From Octopus vulgaris (taxonomy: Eukaryota): a stretch of 64,000 nucleotides of DNA. The position numbers and the translations under genes were made by a program. Below, piece by piece: positions 1 through 18,804 of this stretch. The stretch lies in NCBI GenBank assembly GCA_951406725.2, contig OX597814.1:83762001-83826000 (forward strand). Reading direction: 5' to 3'. The notes under the pieces are model-generated. The model saw only the letters and a program-made list of their open reading frames with translations, was not told where the DNA came from and did not search any database. Numbering within the stretch: position 1 is the first letter of the stretch; each line of letters opens with the position of its first letter.

Positions 1-149
1 TATGTGTGTGTGTTTCATGTAAAAACAGTAGGTCCTTAAAGTATAAAAAGAAGAATTGTGGAAACATAAGAGTACCTTGATGTATATCAAGGTTGACAGA
101 ATATCAGTTAAACAAGGGTAGGTCAATACACACTGAAATGAATTGGTCT

Positions 150-1000
150 GACAGGAAACTTTGGATCTAAGGATTGGTAGATGTAGTGCATAGACCACCA
201 AGTTAGTAGATAGGCTTTATATCAGATGCTACCAAAAGTTTTGCTGATTTCAAAAGTAAAAGCATTGCTTTTACAAAGTTCTCAAGAGCATGAAACTAGT
301 ATGTGAATCAGAAGAGCAGACTTATAGTATATGTAACTGTATTAAAACAGTGCTGGTTGTAACTGAGAAGGAAGTGAAACTTAGTGCTGACCTGATCAAG
401 CAAACTTCTGTTTGCAGTCATGATAGTTTCATCATCTTTCAGATATAGTATATCAAGGATTCCATTATGAGAATTAAGATTGTGGAAATGAGGGTTATAG
501 ATTGCTCTTCTGGGATATATGGGACATACCATAACATGTTTCTGTACATTGGGATAAATCCCTGTAAAGAAAGATTGAAAAATTTGGAGAGAACATGAGC
601 TCACTGTAAAGTGTACTATTTGAGAGTAAAGGAAGTGATACTGTCAAGACTAGTTACTTGCTGGGTTGAAATGACTAAATTTTGTATTAGAGTTTATCTT
701 TGCTCAAAAATTGGTACCCGTTATCTGTGATAAAGTAATTCCTAACCAGGAATTGTCTTTTGTCTGCAAAACTATAGTCATCAAACAATGGCACTGGTAC
801 TACACAAATTAGAGAGTTTGATCTTGCAACAACAGGCAATCCGCTTGATAAAATCCTGCTTTCTATCACAGAAAGATAGATTGTTAATCTTTATCGCACC
901 ATGCATTCATTCCAGATTGAATTATACTCTGTAATTGTAGTACCAGCTTACACCAATATGAAAATATTGCCTCACCTTACCCCTGTAAGAAAGTTCGAAT
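150..1000 (-). mobile_element. Highly decayed non-LTR retrotransposon (Jockey/CR1-like) RT remnant
   Basis: Minus-strand translation near 230-300 gives ...HALENF.KSNAFTFEISKTFGSI, resembling the ALE...LDISKAFDRV RT motif. Many stops and frameshifts; boundaries approximate. Confidence 0.35.
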
Positions 1001-3480
1001 TAATTGTTTTTATCAATCCCCAGATGGCTATAGATAAAAATATAATAAAAAATAATGAAACTTCAAGTTTTATTCATTGACAATTTATTTTTATTGTATT
1101 TTTATCTGCAGAAAAATAAAGATGTACTTTATTAAACAGCTTAAGCAGACATATAGTCTTAACAGCAATGGCAAAATCTATAATATACAAAAGTGACAGA
1201 TATTATGAATAAAGACCATTAAATGATAATAGCAAATTCATTCATTAATTATACAAAAGATAGCACTCTACGTTTAATTATAAAGTAAATTTGTAAAATA
1301 AATTTAATACATATATAAAAACTAGCATTTCTTCAGTTACGAGTGTTTCAGTTAATCCAATCAGTGGAACAGCCTGCGCATAAAATTAATGGACAACTTC
1401 ATATCCTTGATATTCCATTTTTTTTTCCCTGCTGCAACCCATGAAAAATGATTTATTACTCGCTTACTCCCTCATCTCTCTCTCTCTCTCTCTCTCTACA
1501 TATATACATACATACAGTGGCCTTGTTTCAGTTTCTGTCTACCAATTTCACTCTTGAAGCCTTGGTCAGCCCAGAGCTATATTAAAAAGCATCTGCCCAA
1601 GGTCCTGTGCTGTGGAATGAACCCAAGACCACATGGCTGGGAAGCAAGCTTTTTAACCACACAAGCGCACACCTATGGGAAGTTGCTGTTTGATCTAATA
1701 TGCACTGTCTGTCATGGCAGCGGATTTTACAGACAATATTCTAATCTATACATTAATGCACTAAGGCCGAATGCATTACATTGTCATGTGGTTAATTGCA
1801 GGGAGAGGCAAAAAGTGAGAAAGAGAAGTATTAATGATGTGAGACAGGGGGAAAGGAATAGTTAGTTATTACATGGTTAAAAAGTTAGTTGAAGGGAGAG
1901 AGGGATGATGTTCTGTAGGTGCATTTAAAGAAATACAAGTGAAGAGGTGGGGGTGGGTAGTTATATTAAGAGTGAGAGGCAGATAAAGTGAACAGTGACA
2001 CTATACCAGCTGATGCATTATGCTGTCACATGGTTTGTGGAAATGAAAGGTAAAGAAAAAGAGAGAAATGATTAGGATGTGAAATGGTGAATTGTATAGT
2101 TATAAAGTTTGTTGAAGTAAGAGGTAGAGAGAAAAAGAGAGAAATATAAAGTGCTTAGCGGAGGGAAATTTTTAACATCATTGTGACTGACAAGAAAACA
2201 ACATTACAATATTCAGTTTTTTTACATCTTCTATATGTCAATGTATTGATCTATCTATCTACATTAACAAATATATTGATGGGTGGAGGGTGAAATGAAG
2301 GCTTATATAAGATATAATAAACTTAACATATATAGAAAGAAAATTTTTTCAATGAAATTGAAATAACTTAGCAAAATAGCCATGGATGTTATTTTATTTT
2401 TTAATTTGTTATTTGAACTTTGTATTGTCAGAGTGGATTGATGGTTCGATGGCAAGAACAGTAGATAGAGATAAACACACAGCAGAACTGAACTGAAATG
2501 AAAATAATCTTGGTTGACAAAAAACATAGATTAAGTTTTGTTACTGAAAACTATAATTGTGGTGGTGAGTGGATAGTGAAAAGTGGAGTTCTTTTTATTG
2601 AACTAAATTTTTTTTATATTGCCTGTCACTTAATGCATGCACATCTGCTTGCTTGAAAATTGATACTTGTTTATAAAATATGGATAACAATATAAACTAA
2701 CAAGAGAAAAATGAGATGATATAGGCAGCAGTGTAAAGAGAAGCAAAGGGTCAAATCATTAGAATAGGTACAGAAGCTGCAGCATGGAAGGGAAAATATG
2801 ATTCAAAGAGAATCCAGTGAGTATTTATAACAGATAAGAGAACATGTTCAATATAGACTAGAAAATGAAAATGAGATAGAACATCAAAAACAATATAAAG
2901 ACATGGTTGAAAGTTATGACATTGTTGACAGGAATATTCTCTGTAATCATCTTGAAGTTCATCATCATCATTTAGCATCTGTATTCCATGCTGGTATGGC
3001 TTAAACAGGTTGACTGGAACTAGTAAGCTGGAGAGCTGTACCAGACTCCAGTCTGATTTGACTTGGTTTCTGTGGCTAGATGCCCTTCCTAACACCAATC
3101 ACTCCATGAGTACAGTGGGTGCTGTTTACATCATGTCACCAACACAGGTGCCTTTTACGTATCACCAGCACTTTTAGAAATGAGCCTCTGAACTGCTGAG
3201 AGAGCTTTTTTTTTTCTTTTAAATGAAAATAATGCAGGATATAAAATTTCAAAAGACATTAATTTTTATGGTTTTGTATAATCTTCCAACCATCTAAATT
3301 ATTTTGCATCTATTGCAGAATTTCCACAGGTTCTGCTAGTTAATGATTATTTTGATAAGAAAATAACTACTCAGCAGAATTAAAATAATAAACAGCTATT
3401 TCTTTATTTATTAAGACCTCAAAATTAATTAAGTCAAATGTTTAAATCCAATGTGACTAATATATTTCAAGTGTTTTCAG

Positions 3481-3677
3481 CCAACTATGGCCTTCAAAAT
3501 ATTTCTGAAGTGTGAAGCTGTTTATAGTCCTACACTCAATCCAGCTTTCAGTATATGAAAGATTCACGAAACAAACTCCTAACCAGCATTGTAAATTGAT
3601 GGAGGAGAGTGTTTCTACTCAAGATAGAAAAAGAGAATCCTGAAAGGAGTGGAGGCATCCCAGATAAAATGACACAG
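3481..3677 (+). other. Candidate 5' (leader/first coding) exon of the SHFL homolog, ending ATG ACA CAG in phase 0
   Basis: Good acceptor ttttcag (3474-3480), a more GC-rich block than its flanks, and AAAATG at 3669 giving MTQ, which joins in frame to VLRLRELFHG. The donor CAG|gttgtt is weak. Confidence 0.3.
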
Positions 3678-3795
3678 GTTGTTATTGTTTAGCCATGGGT
3701 CAACCTTGATTGAGCAAACCTATGATCAAAAGCATTCCAGCCATTAATTTTATATATGTATGTCATTATGATCATCGTTTAATGTCCATCTTCCA

Positions 3796-3838
<43 letters not shown>

Positions 3839-4125
3839 AGCAAAATTAAATCAATGGTGCAACAGAAAATATAGCACAGAATGGACTGGTAGGCAGCATT
3901 TTAATTAACAATGTAATAAAAGTGATAATCAAGTATTTGTATGCAATTGTGTCACAGCTGAACAACTGCTAATTATCTTTGAGGTTTTTCTTTAACAGTA
4001 ATAAGTGTTCATAAGGTAAACAACTTATTTTGAATTATATTTTCAAAGCCAGGATATTAAAACATTATTAGAAGCAAGAGGTCTTAGCTGATCAAGTGAT
4101 TAATATTTGCTAAGTAATCTTCATT

Positions 4126-4300
4126 AGGTGATGAACTGGCAAAATCATTAGCATGCCAGGCAAAATGCTTGGTGGTATTTCACCTGTTCTCATGTTCTAA
4201 ATTCAAAATCTTGCTGAGGCCAACTTTGCTTTGCATCCTTTTGAGGTTGATAAAATAAGTACCACTTGAGCATTGGGATTGATGTAATTGACTTAACTAC
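4126..4300 (+). mobile_element. tRNA-derived SINE of an abundant family (other copies ~7480-7560, 8779-8990, 55071-55280)
   Basis: Recurring head GGYGRGCTGGCAGAA..TTAGCA and central core GCCTTTCATCCTT..G(A/G)GGT(C/T)GATAAAATAAGTACC, resembling the conserved MetaSINE/Sauria-type core. Confidence 0.7.
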
Positions 4301-5376
4301 TGAGTAAGAGTATAAAAATTGCACCCATCTGCTAGGACATGTTGAGCCAGTGTGCCAGAGTAAGCTCATCAAGCCACTACAGTCTCACGCTCAGATTTAT
4401 GGCCTGCACATCAGACTATGGTTGGTGGAGAAAACATGCTGAGGCCTGCATCCTACAGTGGACTGAACAGAGGCAATCCAATCCAATCCAATCCAAGTAA
4501 TCTTCATACATCATATAATCTATAACTAGTCAATAAGACTACAATCTACTTTGATCATAGGTATTTTCACTTTTGGATCTATTTCTTAAACATCAGTTTT
4601 TTTCATTTTATATTAGTTTATCACGTGATTCACTTTCCTTTTGTATTTGATCACCATTGCATGTAAGTTGGTAAGGGCTATTGATTCATTGATCTCTATG
4701 TGGTTCTTTATGTCTGTGCTGAGCTCTAATTGTGGAGGGTACTTGCGGAAGGGGTTGACCCAGGAAAACATGGAACAAAGTAGTAAGCCTCACTGAGGGG
4801 CTGGGATTTGTGGAATTTTGCTGTACTTAAGAAGACACGTCAAGGCAAGTAAATCTGCTGTCATCCATACATACAGACTTGTGCTATATAAATGCACTCA
4901 TGCTGGTGGAATGTGAAAAGCATTCAGCTGTAGAAACCCTACCACAATAGACAATTTGGAGTCTAGACAGCTCCTTGGCTGGCCAGCTCCTGTCAAACCA
5001 TCCAACCCATGCCAGCATGGAAAATGGATGTTAAACGATGAGGATGATATGTAGAATCAAGATTAGATGATCATTATAGCTTTTCATCTACTTGTTTTAA
5101 GTCATTGGACTATGGCTATGTTGGGCCACCGCCTTGAAAGGTTTAGCTGAACAAATCTACAACACTACTCATTTTTTAAGCCTGATACTTCTGCTCTGAG
5201 TCTATTTAGCAGGACTGTTAAGTTACTGTAAGATAAACAAACATTGCTTGTCCAGCAGAGTAAGACTAGGACCACTTTCCAAACTCAAAGACACATGTGC
5301 ATGTAGGTATGTATCTATGCATGCATCTATCTACTTACCTACCCATATATACTCACATTCATATTTATATACATAC

Positions 5377-5759
5377 TAGCAGTATCGCCCGGCGTTGCCC
5401 AGGTTTGTAAGGGAAATAACTATAAAGCATTTTTAGAGAGTTATAGCCAAAAAATAGCAAAAAAATGGGGAAAAAATGATGGTAAATTTTTTTGAGAGTT
5501 AAAAAAGGTGGAGTTGCGTCCCCTAGACGGTCTGTGGTTTGGGTTTCTGATTCTCGACCCCATGTCGAATTTATCGATTTTTTTCAGAACTGGGGGAACT
5601 TTTCAAAATTTTCGCTGCGTTAGTTTTGAATTATGACATTGGGCTATGTGTGTGTCAAGTTTCATCAGAATCGGTTGAAAGCCGTGGTCAGAGTGAGGGT
5701 ACGAGAAAACAGACACACAGAAAACGCACAGACAAACTGCTGTTTATATAGAGAGAGAT
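5377..5759. mobile_element. Non-autonomous Helitron/Helentron-like (DINE-like) element
   Basis: Starts CTAGCAGTATCGCCCGGCGTTGC, contains AAGTTTCATCAGAATCGG and ends ACAGACA...TTTATATAGAGAGA. A related segment lies at ~10950-11320. Confidence 0.5.
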
Positions 5760-6550
5760 GTATATGTAACCAGTTTCCACATAGTTTCCTTCTACCAAAT
5801 TCACTCACATGGCCTTGGGTTATAATAGAAGTCTCTTGCCCATTGTGTCAAGCAGTGGGACTAAACATGAAAACACACAGTTGCAACGTGAGCTTCTTAA
5901 CCACACAGCCATGCCTGCACCTATTCTAATTCTTTTTTTTTTTTTATCATTCTTTAGATCTTTGTTAATTTGAATAATTTCATTTCTTTCTCTCTCATTC
6001 ATTCAAGTTTCCTCCCTATCAAATTTTTATGATTTATTTAAATCAATGTTTAGTATACTCTGCACTATATACAATGTTAGTTAAATTATTCTTTTAGTGA
6101 TGTGGCCTGATTTATTAGGAGCAACAATATCTCATATGCTGTGCTGCTACAAAAAGGGTGACTGTACTATATATAACTAACAATATAAACTGTTTTAAGT
6201 TTAATTCTTCTTACATTACTAAACTACTACAGATTTCCTAACTAGGGACCTATGAAAATTTGACATAAATACTCATCTACCCTTTAAACATACACTTGGC
6301 ATCTTTCTAATGTAATCAACTGCATTGTATAGTAAAGCAAAAATACAAATAATTTCTTTGATAAGAAAATTTTTCTGCAATGAAATTGTTCCATGGACCT
6401 TTATCTAACTGTTGGTCCCAACCAAGCAATATAATGCTCCTATAAATGAAACTTCTGAAACAACACCTTTCTCTCAGCAACTAATGTACAATAGTGTTTT
6501 AAAGGAATTCAACTAATATGTATATAGTTTGTGAATGTATATATATATAT

Positions 6551-6790
6551 CATCATCATCGTTTAATGTCCATTTTCCATGCTAGCAAGAGTTAGACGGT
6601 TCGACCGGGGTTTGGGAAGCCAGGAGGCTGCACTAGGCTCCAGTCTGATCTGGCAGTGTTTCTACAGCTGGATGCCCTTCCTAACGCCAACCACCCCATG
6701 AGTGTAGTGGGTGCTTTTTACGTGCTACTGCCATGGGCCAGAGGAGGCTGGCAACGGCCACGATCGGTTGGTGCTTTTTACGGGTATCAC
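6551..6790 (-). mobile_element. RTE LINE 3'-UTR copy with (GAT)n tail
   Basis: Reverse complement of the 3' end of the RTE at 44030-44222. Other copies at ~2960-3170, 4900-5045, 7700-7850, 35380-35570, 35785-35985, 40135-40400 and 56970-57120. Confidence 0.85.
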
Positions 6791-6811
6791 AACTTTCTTA
6801 TCTTTTGTGCC

Positions 6812-7160
6812 AACAACCACCTTTTTGAGCTCCATGTGTCTAACACACATGGGCATACCTACAATGTCAGAAACCAGCACAGCTCCATTGTCTTTTGGAA
6901 ACATTTTTTTCACACTCAGAGTTGCTGAAGCATGGAACAAACTACCTGCATCAGTTGTTAGTTGCCAAGACACTGTATCCATTAAAAACTCCATGCTTCC
7001 TGAAATATCACCCCCAGCTCCTTATACATACACATATGTATATCATGACTCATACACTGTTCACTTTCCTGACTTTTGTACATAATTCTATGTACTATAC
7101 ATGCACCTTTGATGAGTTGTAGTGCACCTGAGCACTATACACTTATAACTTCATTATTAT
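6812..7160 (+). mobile_element. CR1-type LINE 3' end
   Basis: Encodes HLFELHVSNTHGH..NVR...FFTLRVAEAWNKLPASVVS (CR1 C-terminal TRGH/WN.LP motif), then a UTR ending CACCTGAGCACT...ATTATT. Confidence 0.75.
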
Positions 7161-8293
7161 TTTATTTTATCCCAAACCTATGTTTAAAACAGCTTCCTTA
7201 ATAAAATTTCAGTTTTGTTTTTTCCTTCCAGTTTTATCAGTCTGATCTGAATATTATGTCTATACGTTTGTGTGTTGTCTATTTTATCAGTTCAAACATT
7301 AATTTTTCTGCTTCCTGTTAAGAAACTTATTTATTTATTTATTTATTTTACTTTTATCAGTTTCAGCTTCAAGCTGCAGCCATGCCATTTATTTGTATAA
7401 CATTTTACTACAGTATAATATAGTATTTATTGTATAATGTTGAATATTTGTAGAATCATTAAAGCTTGAGATAACATACATTGTTGTTCAAATCCCATGA
7501 AGCACAACTTTGCCTTTCATCCTTCTGAGGTTGATAAAATAAAGTACCAGTCGTATTTTGGATTTAATAATTTAATAATTAACTATGTGTGTATATGTAT
7601 TTATGTGTTTGTTTGTTTCTCCCTCTCTTGATACCACGTGATAGTTGTAAAATTATTATCATTGTCATAGAAGCAGTGCCATTCATTTCCATTATTCTGT
7701 GAGCATATGTCTGGCTATGAAGAAAAATGACCTTACTTGGAAATAGGTAAGGATTGGTGATAGGGAGTGTATCTGGCTGTAGAAAATCTGCCTAAATAAA
7801 CTCCATCCAACCCATGCAAGCATGGAAAAGTGGACGTTGTTGTGATAATGATTATGATCCATACTCTCCTCCAAAATATGTAGCCTTGTATCTATATTAA
7901 AAATTTTTATATGTTGTACTAGATATTCTTATATTGTTTATTTTAAAATTAATCTCTTTGCAATTTTGAGACTAGTTTGCTTAAAGGGTACAGTTTATAT
8001 TTTTAATGTCTCTTATAAGATAAGATAGCTATCTCACTTTTCTTACTATATTTCATAGGAGTTGGTAGATATACATTAGGCTATTAAAGTGTTCATTCTT
8101 GAGGTTTGGCTTGATATTATTGAGAGAACCCATCTATCTCATAATTTTGAGATAGAGGCGGTCTATCAAACTTTGATCTCATTAGATATGACAATATTAG
8201 ATGTCTACTGTGTTAGTTTGAGACAAACATCAGGATCTGATAAATTTTCTAGCTATAAGTATTCTATCTTTATTACGGACATTCTATCTTTAA

Positions 8294-8530
8294 CTCTTTA
8301 GCATTTAATTTCTTATCATTCCAATTTCTCTGTCAAATGTAATACTTATTTATTCACATTGTTTTACATTATTTATGCATCATGTCATAGCTTTGAGAAT
8401 TCAATGATGTGATTGTTTATTTTTAGCATGATATTGTAAAGTAAGAGTGAGAGGCCAGATCTGGCTAGTTTGAAGATAAAATTGGCAGATTATTTTAGTC
8501 AGTGATTTTAGTCAGTATCAATGGCAAGGG
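8294..8530. mobile_element. Degenerate piggyBac-type MITE of the same family as 47884-48101
   Basis: TTAA-CTCTTTAGCA start, and an internal sequence similar to 47884-48101. Confidence 0.55.
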
Positions 8531-9046
8531 CTCCGCTATATGCTCTATTGCTCTAACTCATTGTAAAGGAAGTGAAGAGGATATTTTAAGTTGTTTTTAT
8601 TTTTTTTAAAGATGTTTAAACACACTGAGTAATTTCAAAGAAGCTCTGTTATAAATTTTATGAAACACACCAACTCCACCATCACTCTGTCACATCATCA
8701 CCTCCATCACCTTTAACACTATACCAGCCTCACCATCTCTACCATTAACATCACCATTTAGTATACACATTAATATAAAGGCAGTGAGCTGGCAGTATCA
8801 TTAGCATGCTGGGAAAAATGCTGCTAAGCATTTTGCCAGTCTTTACATTCTGAGTTAAAATTCCACCAAGGTCAACTTTGCCTTTCATTCTTTCAGGGTC
8901 AATCAGATAAGTATCATTTGGGTACTGAGGTCGATGTAATTAATTTACCTACTTACCCAAAATTGCTGGCCTTGTGTCAAAATTTGATACTAATGTATAT
9001 ATATATTAATACATACATACATCCGCCAATGTTTTTTGTGTTGCAG

Positions 9047-9158
9047 GTTCTACGTTTACGAGAACTGTTCCATGGTCGATTTACCAATGAAGAGGTAGAG
9101 AAACTGTTGCAGTTAAATAATTTTGAACAAGGACGTACAGTGTTCTACATTCTATCCT
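9047..9158 (+). CDS. SHFL: Shiftless (RyDEN/C19orf66) homolog, coding exon (VLRLRELFHGRFTNEEVEKLLQLNNFEQGRTVFYILS)
   Basis: ttgcag acceptor and gtaagt donor. Resembles the human SHFL N-terminus VRRLREKFHG. Ends in phase 1. Confidence 0.85.
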
Positions 9159-11692
9159 GTAAGTATACCTTATTTATTTATTTAGTCCAATTAATATGTG
9201 AGAGTACCTATGACTCTTGCAAGCATCTCTAGACTGATAAGAAGCATTGGATGCTGTTTAACCCTAGTTGAGCCAAGACTGAACTAATCTATAATTAAAA
9301 ACATCTCAGCTGTCATCGTCCTATCCCTCCTTCAATCCTAGTATATCTAGGACCACATTATCTAATATGACCCTTTTTATATTTTTCTTATGATATGAGT
9401 GAAGGAATAGACAAGTGATTCCATATTTAAATTAATTCATAATGAATTAGATGACAAAGTAAGAGAGAATGTAAAAATATTACATGTGCACATCAATATG
9501 ACAGTGAATGAACAAGCACTCACATGTACACCATTGAGACATTGTTGTGATTAAACTTTTAAGGCAATTGTTATGAATGTATAGAATTTATTTTACACAA
9601 CTAATATTAAGTCTTTATTAAGTCTTTACTTTTATAATTTAACTAAATATTCAAGTAGGATGTTGTTGAGTAAGAGCTCATCAAGAGAGTTATTATCATA
9701 CTCTAACAACTCAGCATTTCACTTTCTGACCTTACTCTTTCTTGTAACTTACTGAATTTGTTTATATATAATGTCAAAGGTGGCTAAAAGACATATTAGA
9801 TAATATAGCTTAAGGTACATTATATCTGCCTTAAAAAAGCATGATGATCATGGTTGGAATGTCTATGATTATAGGTCTGCTTGACCTGGCTCAACTTGAT
9901 GTTAAGCAACAGCAATTACAAATAACAACTAGGTATATATCTAGCATCACTATACAGAAAATGCTATCAGTCTTCTGTGAACACCAGTTGGAGCATTCCA
10001 GCTTAACTGTTCCAGCTGGCTGTAAAAGTTTTATTTACTCATAACTTTTCAATCATGACCTAATTTCCATTAAGTGCTACATCTTTCCCTCTCTCAAAGA
10101 TGCCATTCAAAAGCCATCTCTTACAATATTAAATGTTACCACCACTGTCGCAACCACTACCACCACCCACACATAATATTTTAATTGATTGTTTAGGGCT
10201 TTTGACTAAATATTTGCCTTACTTCCTGACAGAAGTTCCTTAATTTATTTCTTTATCTTTTAGTCTGTAATTTAAAACTTTCATTTGACAGCTGTGTTCA
10301 AAATTAGATAACTGATGTTAACATGTAATCATGACTTTTCCCTTATCAGAAAAACCATTTTTTTCTCTTGAACATAACTGACATTTCTTGACAACTTCTA
10401 AACAGTCTATATAACTGTTAATCTGTTTCTGTGATATTACTATTAGAAAATAATGTAAATGTAATAAACTTAACAAAAGTCTCTTATTTTTCCTCCATCT
10501 GATCATAAAACTTACATCAGCTTATTTCGTTACATAGCACTTTGTTAATGTGTACTGTGTCTAGTTAGGCTGTTTCATGGACTGTGTGTAAGATGTGAAT
10601 TTTAGTATGAGGTTTATATTTTTATTTACATTCCCTTTTTTCATATCCATTGCACCAGTTATTATTCATACTTCTTTTTGCTTTTATACTCCATTTCTTA
10701 CTTATCTCCCTTTTATGGTCTTTGTACATCAATAGCTATGTAACTTATTCTGTGCCAAACACTTTTGTTTATAAAGAATGAGAATCTGTGAGAACAGATT
10801 TTCTGTTCCAACTGTGATTATGATGTCAAGGTAGTTCACTTCAGTCTCCTTACCAATTTGAGCAAGTTTCTTCCAGAGTATCATATCCATGTTACTGTTC
10901 CATACTTAATTGCTGCTTCCTCATCCATCCATCCATCCATATATATATTATATAAAATTTGTTCTGTCCGTCTGTGTGTGTGTGTGTCTTCTAGGATCTC
11001 AGGCATCTTCCATCCGATTGCACTCAAATTTGATATGTAGATACCGATGGTATCAAGGCATGTATAAGTCTTGAAAAAATTGCAAAAATCGATTCCAGGT
11101 GAGAATGTGATCGATAAAGTGAATAAAATCGTTTTTCTTTGGAATAGAAAAAGTCTATCTTTATTTCTTCTTTTGCTGGTGTCTCAAATTTAGGTTAAAT
11201 CAGTGTTTCTCAAAAGGGAGGCCTATGGGACAGTTGGAACAAATTGTTTTGATAAAATTTGGTTTAAATATTTGACAATTCAGCACCGTCCATTGGACGG
11301 GGGGAGGGCGTTTTGCTCATATATATATATATATATATACACAAAATCCTTTGTATCTCTGTTCCCAATGCATTCTCAAATGGCCCAACCAAATCAAATG
11401 AAATTTTCCATGGCAATACTATGAGACCCTAAGAGTGTCAACATCTAATTTTTGGGGATTAAAACAATGCAACATTGTCACTGGTTCTGTATAGTGTCTC
11501 AATACTCAAAGAATAAAAGTGAAACCACCGACAAAGTAACAGTTATAAATAGTTTTACTATTATATAGTTGCACATTTAATAGTTTCACTTTTATCAGTT
11601 TCACTAAGCATATATATACATGTATGTGTAGTATATATATATATATATAATGCATGTATATCTTAGTGCGTGTGTGTAAGTATATATGTCTT

Positions 11693-11723
<31 letters not shown>

Positions 11724-11748
11724 GTATATATGTATATCTTTGTGTGTA

Positions 11749-11779
<31 letters not shown>

Positions 11780-11784
11780 ATCTT

Positions 11785-11821
<37 letters not shown>

Positions 11822-11828
11822 TATGTAT

Positions 11829-11930
11829 CATCATCATCATCATCATTTAACGTCCGCTTTCCATGCTAGCATGGGTTGGACGGTTCAACTGGGGTCTGGG
11901 GAGCCCGAAAGCTGCACCAGTCCAGTCAGA
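11829..11930 (-). mobile_element. Short RTE 3'-terminal fragment inserted in (TA)n
   Basis: Nearly the exact reverse complement of 53077-53173, including the (GAT)n tail. Confidence 0.85.
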
Positions 11931-11942
11931 AATATTATATAC

Positions 11943-17075
<5,133 letters not shown>

Positions 17076-17077
17076 GT

Positions 17078-18448
17078 ATACCAGAGTAAGCACATAGATG
17101 CGAAACAAGGTGAAAAAAATAGTACTCGAATACCAGAGGTAGAGTAATATGCTTTATTAAAAAGCAGCAAAAAATATCACAAAAGCTGTTACACAGTTTC
17201 ACGTTCCCATTCGTTGGACCATTTTGTTTAAAATGGAACAAGAATAAGGTTATAAGCAAACATATACAATTAGTTTAATGGATACACATTTGAAAATGGT
17301 TTTGTTTCATTGGCCCTTTCAACTAACGGTCTTTACAACTACCTGTTGCATGCAATGAACAAAATTTGATATAAAATCATCTTATTATAAAATTGAAGAA
17401 AATCTTAAATCAAATATAGCTTATAAAGAAGGGCAGAGTCTAAATACCCAGAATAAATAATTATTTGTAAAATATTAATCAATTAATTCATTAAAAGTTA
17501 TATCTGTTTAAAAAAAATTTTCACGTTGGATTACATATACATTTAGCAGTATATGCACATACCAAACCATCTATAATATACATATATACACTAAAACATA
17601 TAGACGCATGTACATGGCTATATACATATATAGGCAAGACATAATTATATATATACAAATGCATATATATACTGTTCAGTGTGTGTAATATTAAAATGTA
17701 AAACAAGGAAATTGTACATTAATTTGATGTAACATAATTAAATACGTGAGTAAAAATAAAAATAAACCTCAGTGAAACTTAAGCTTAAAATTAAATTTAT
17801 AAAATAGTTGAAGACTTTCTTAAAAATGAGGTCGCAATATACATTAGCGTTGCGATGCAAAATAACTATACCATGTAAAGTCAAATTCAAATGCGACAGT
17901 CAAAAAAATATATTTTGAAAGTCAAAACATTTTACCCATACAGTATTTTGTCGGTTGACATTTAAAATTTTGTGGCGTGCCTGCAGGAATTTAAGAGCTC
18001 ACATCTCTGGTTCAAATCGTTTTTATCCTGGAACAAGATGAGGAACTTCTCTGAGAGGCAAAGATTACATTTCATAGGCCTTTTATAATCTCCATGGCTG
18101 TATGCTGATGCTTTTTCTAGAATTTTGCAGATTACATTGAAAGGACAGGTGTCATTCTCTTACAGTTCCCAGACATGCTTTGCAAGACTAGTTGCTGTCC
18201 TGTTCTCCGGGTATCAGAAAGAATTGCTGCGGGAATAGAATCGAGTCTTGAATGAATTCTCTGAAACCCTTTTATATGTTTTATATTCTTTCGAGCCATC
18301 TATTTGCACTTTGCTTCTATAAACTATACCTTTCTCAAGGCATTTTCCTTCCAATGGACAGCAAGTCTCATCTTTGCAGTTGCAGTTCCTCAGATTAGAT
18401 TTGGCACTGTAGTTGTCTTTAATAATTTTTGTGTTATACTGGCTAATA
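17078..18448 (-). mobile_element. Penelope-like element remnant: C-terminal GIY-YIG endonuclease and 3' pseudo-LTR
   Basis: Minus strand gives RNCNCKDETCCPLEGKCLEKGIVYRSKV...FKTRF...KHVWEL...KCNLCLSEKFLI...LNQRCELLNSCRH with stops and a frameshift. Degenerate hammerhead-like core at 17196-17218. Confidence 0.8.
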
Positions 18449-18800
18449 AAAGATCAGTAAGTGAATAGGTGACCGGCAGGTTTCCTGAAGTTAGTATTAC
18501 AAACCATAAGGTCATTTGCATTGCAGAGCTCCAGCAGCCTGGTCCCCTCCTCATTGCGGGAACCAAAACTATAGCCTCCATGTATGCCATGGAAGTTCGC
18601 TGCATGTTGTCCAAGATGCCCATTGAAGTTGCCAGCCACAAAGAGGAGGTCTCTGTCATTCATCGACAAGGTAGTCTGCAAGAGGGTGTCATAAAATCGG
18701 TCTTTCTGTTTATAAGGTAGCCTTGGCTGAGGAGCATAGGCCGAGATAATGGTTGCTAACCCATGTTGCAGCAGTAATCTACTCATAAGTATTCTGTCAC
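18449..18800 (-). mobile_element. RTE LINE apurinic endonuclease fragment
   Basis: IISAYAPQ...KDRFY..L...AGNFNGHLG...G.RN.EG.RLLE.C....L.V.NT.F.K...TY are APE motifs. Confidence 0.85.
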
Positions 18801-18804
18801 AGTG

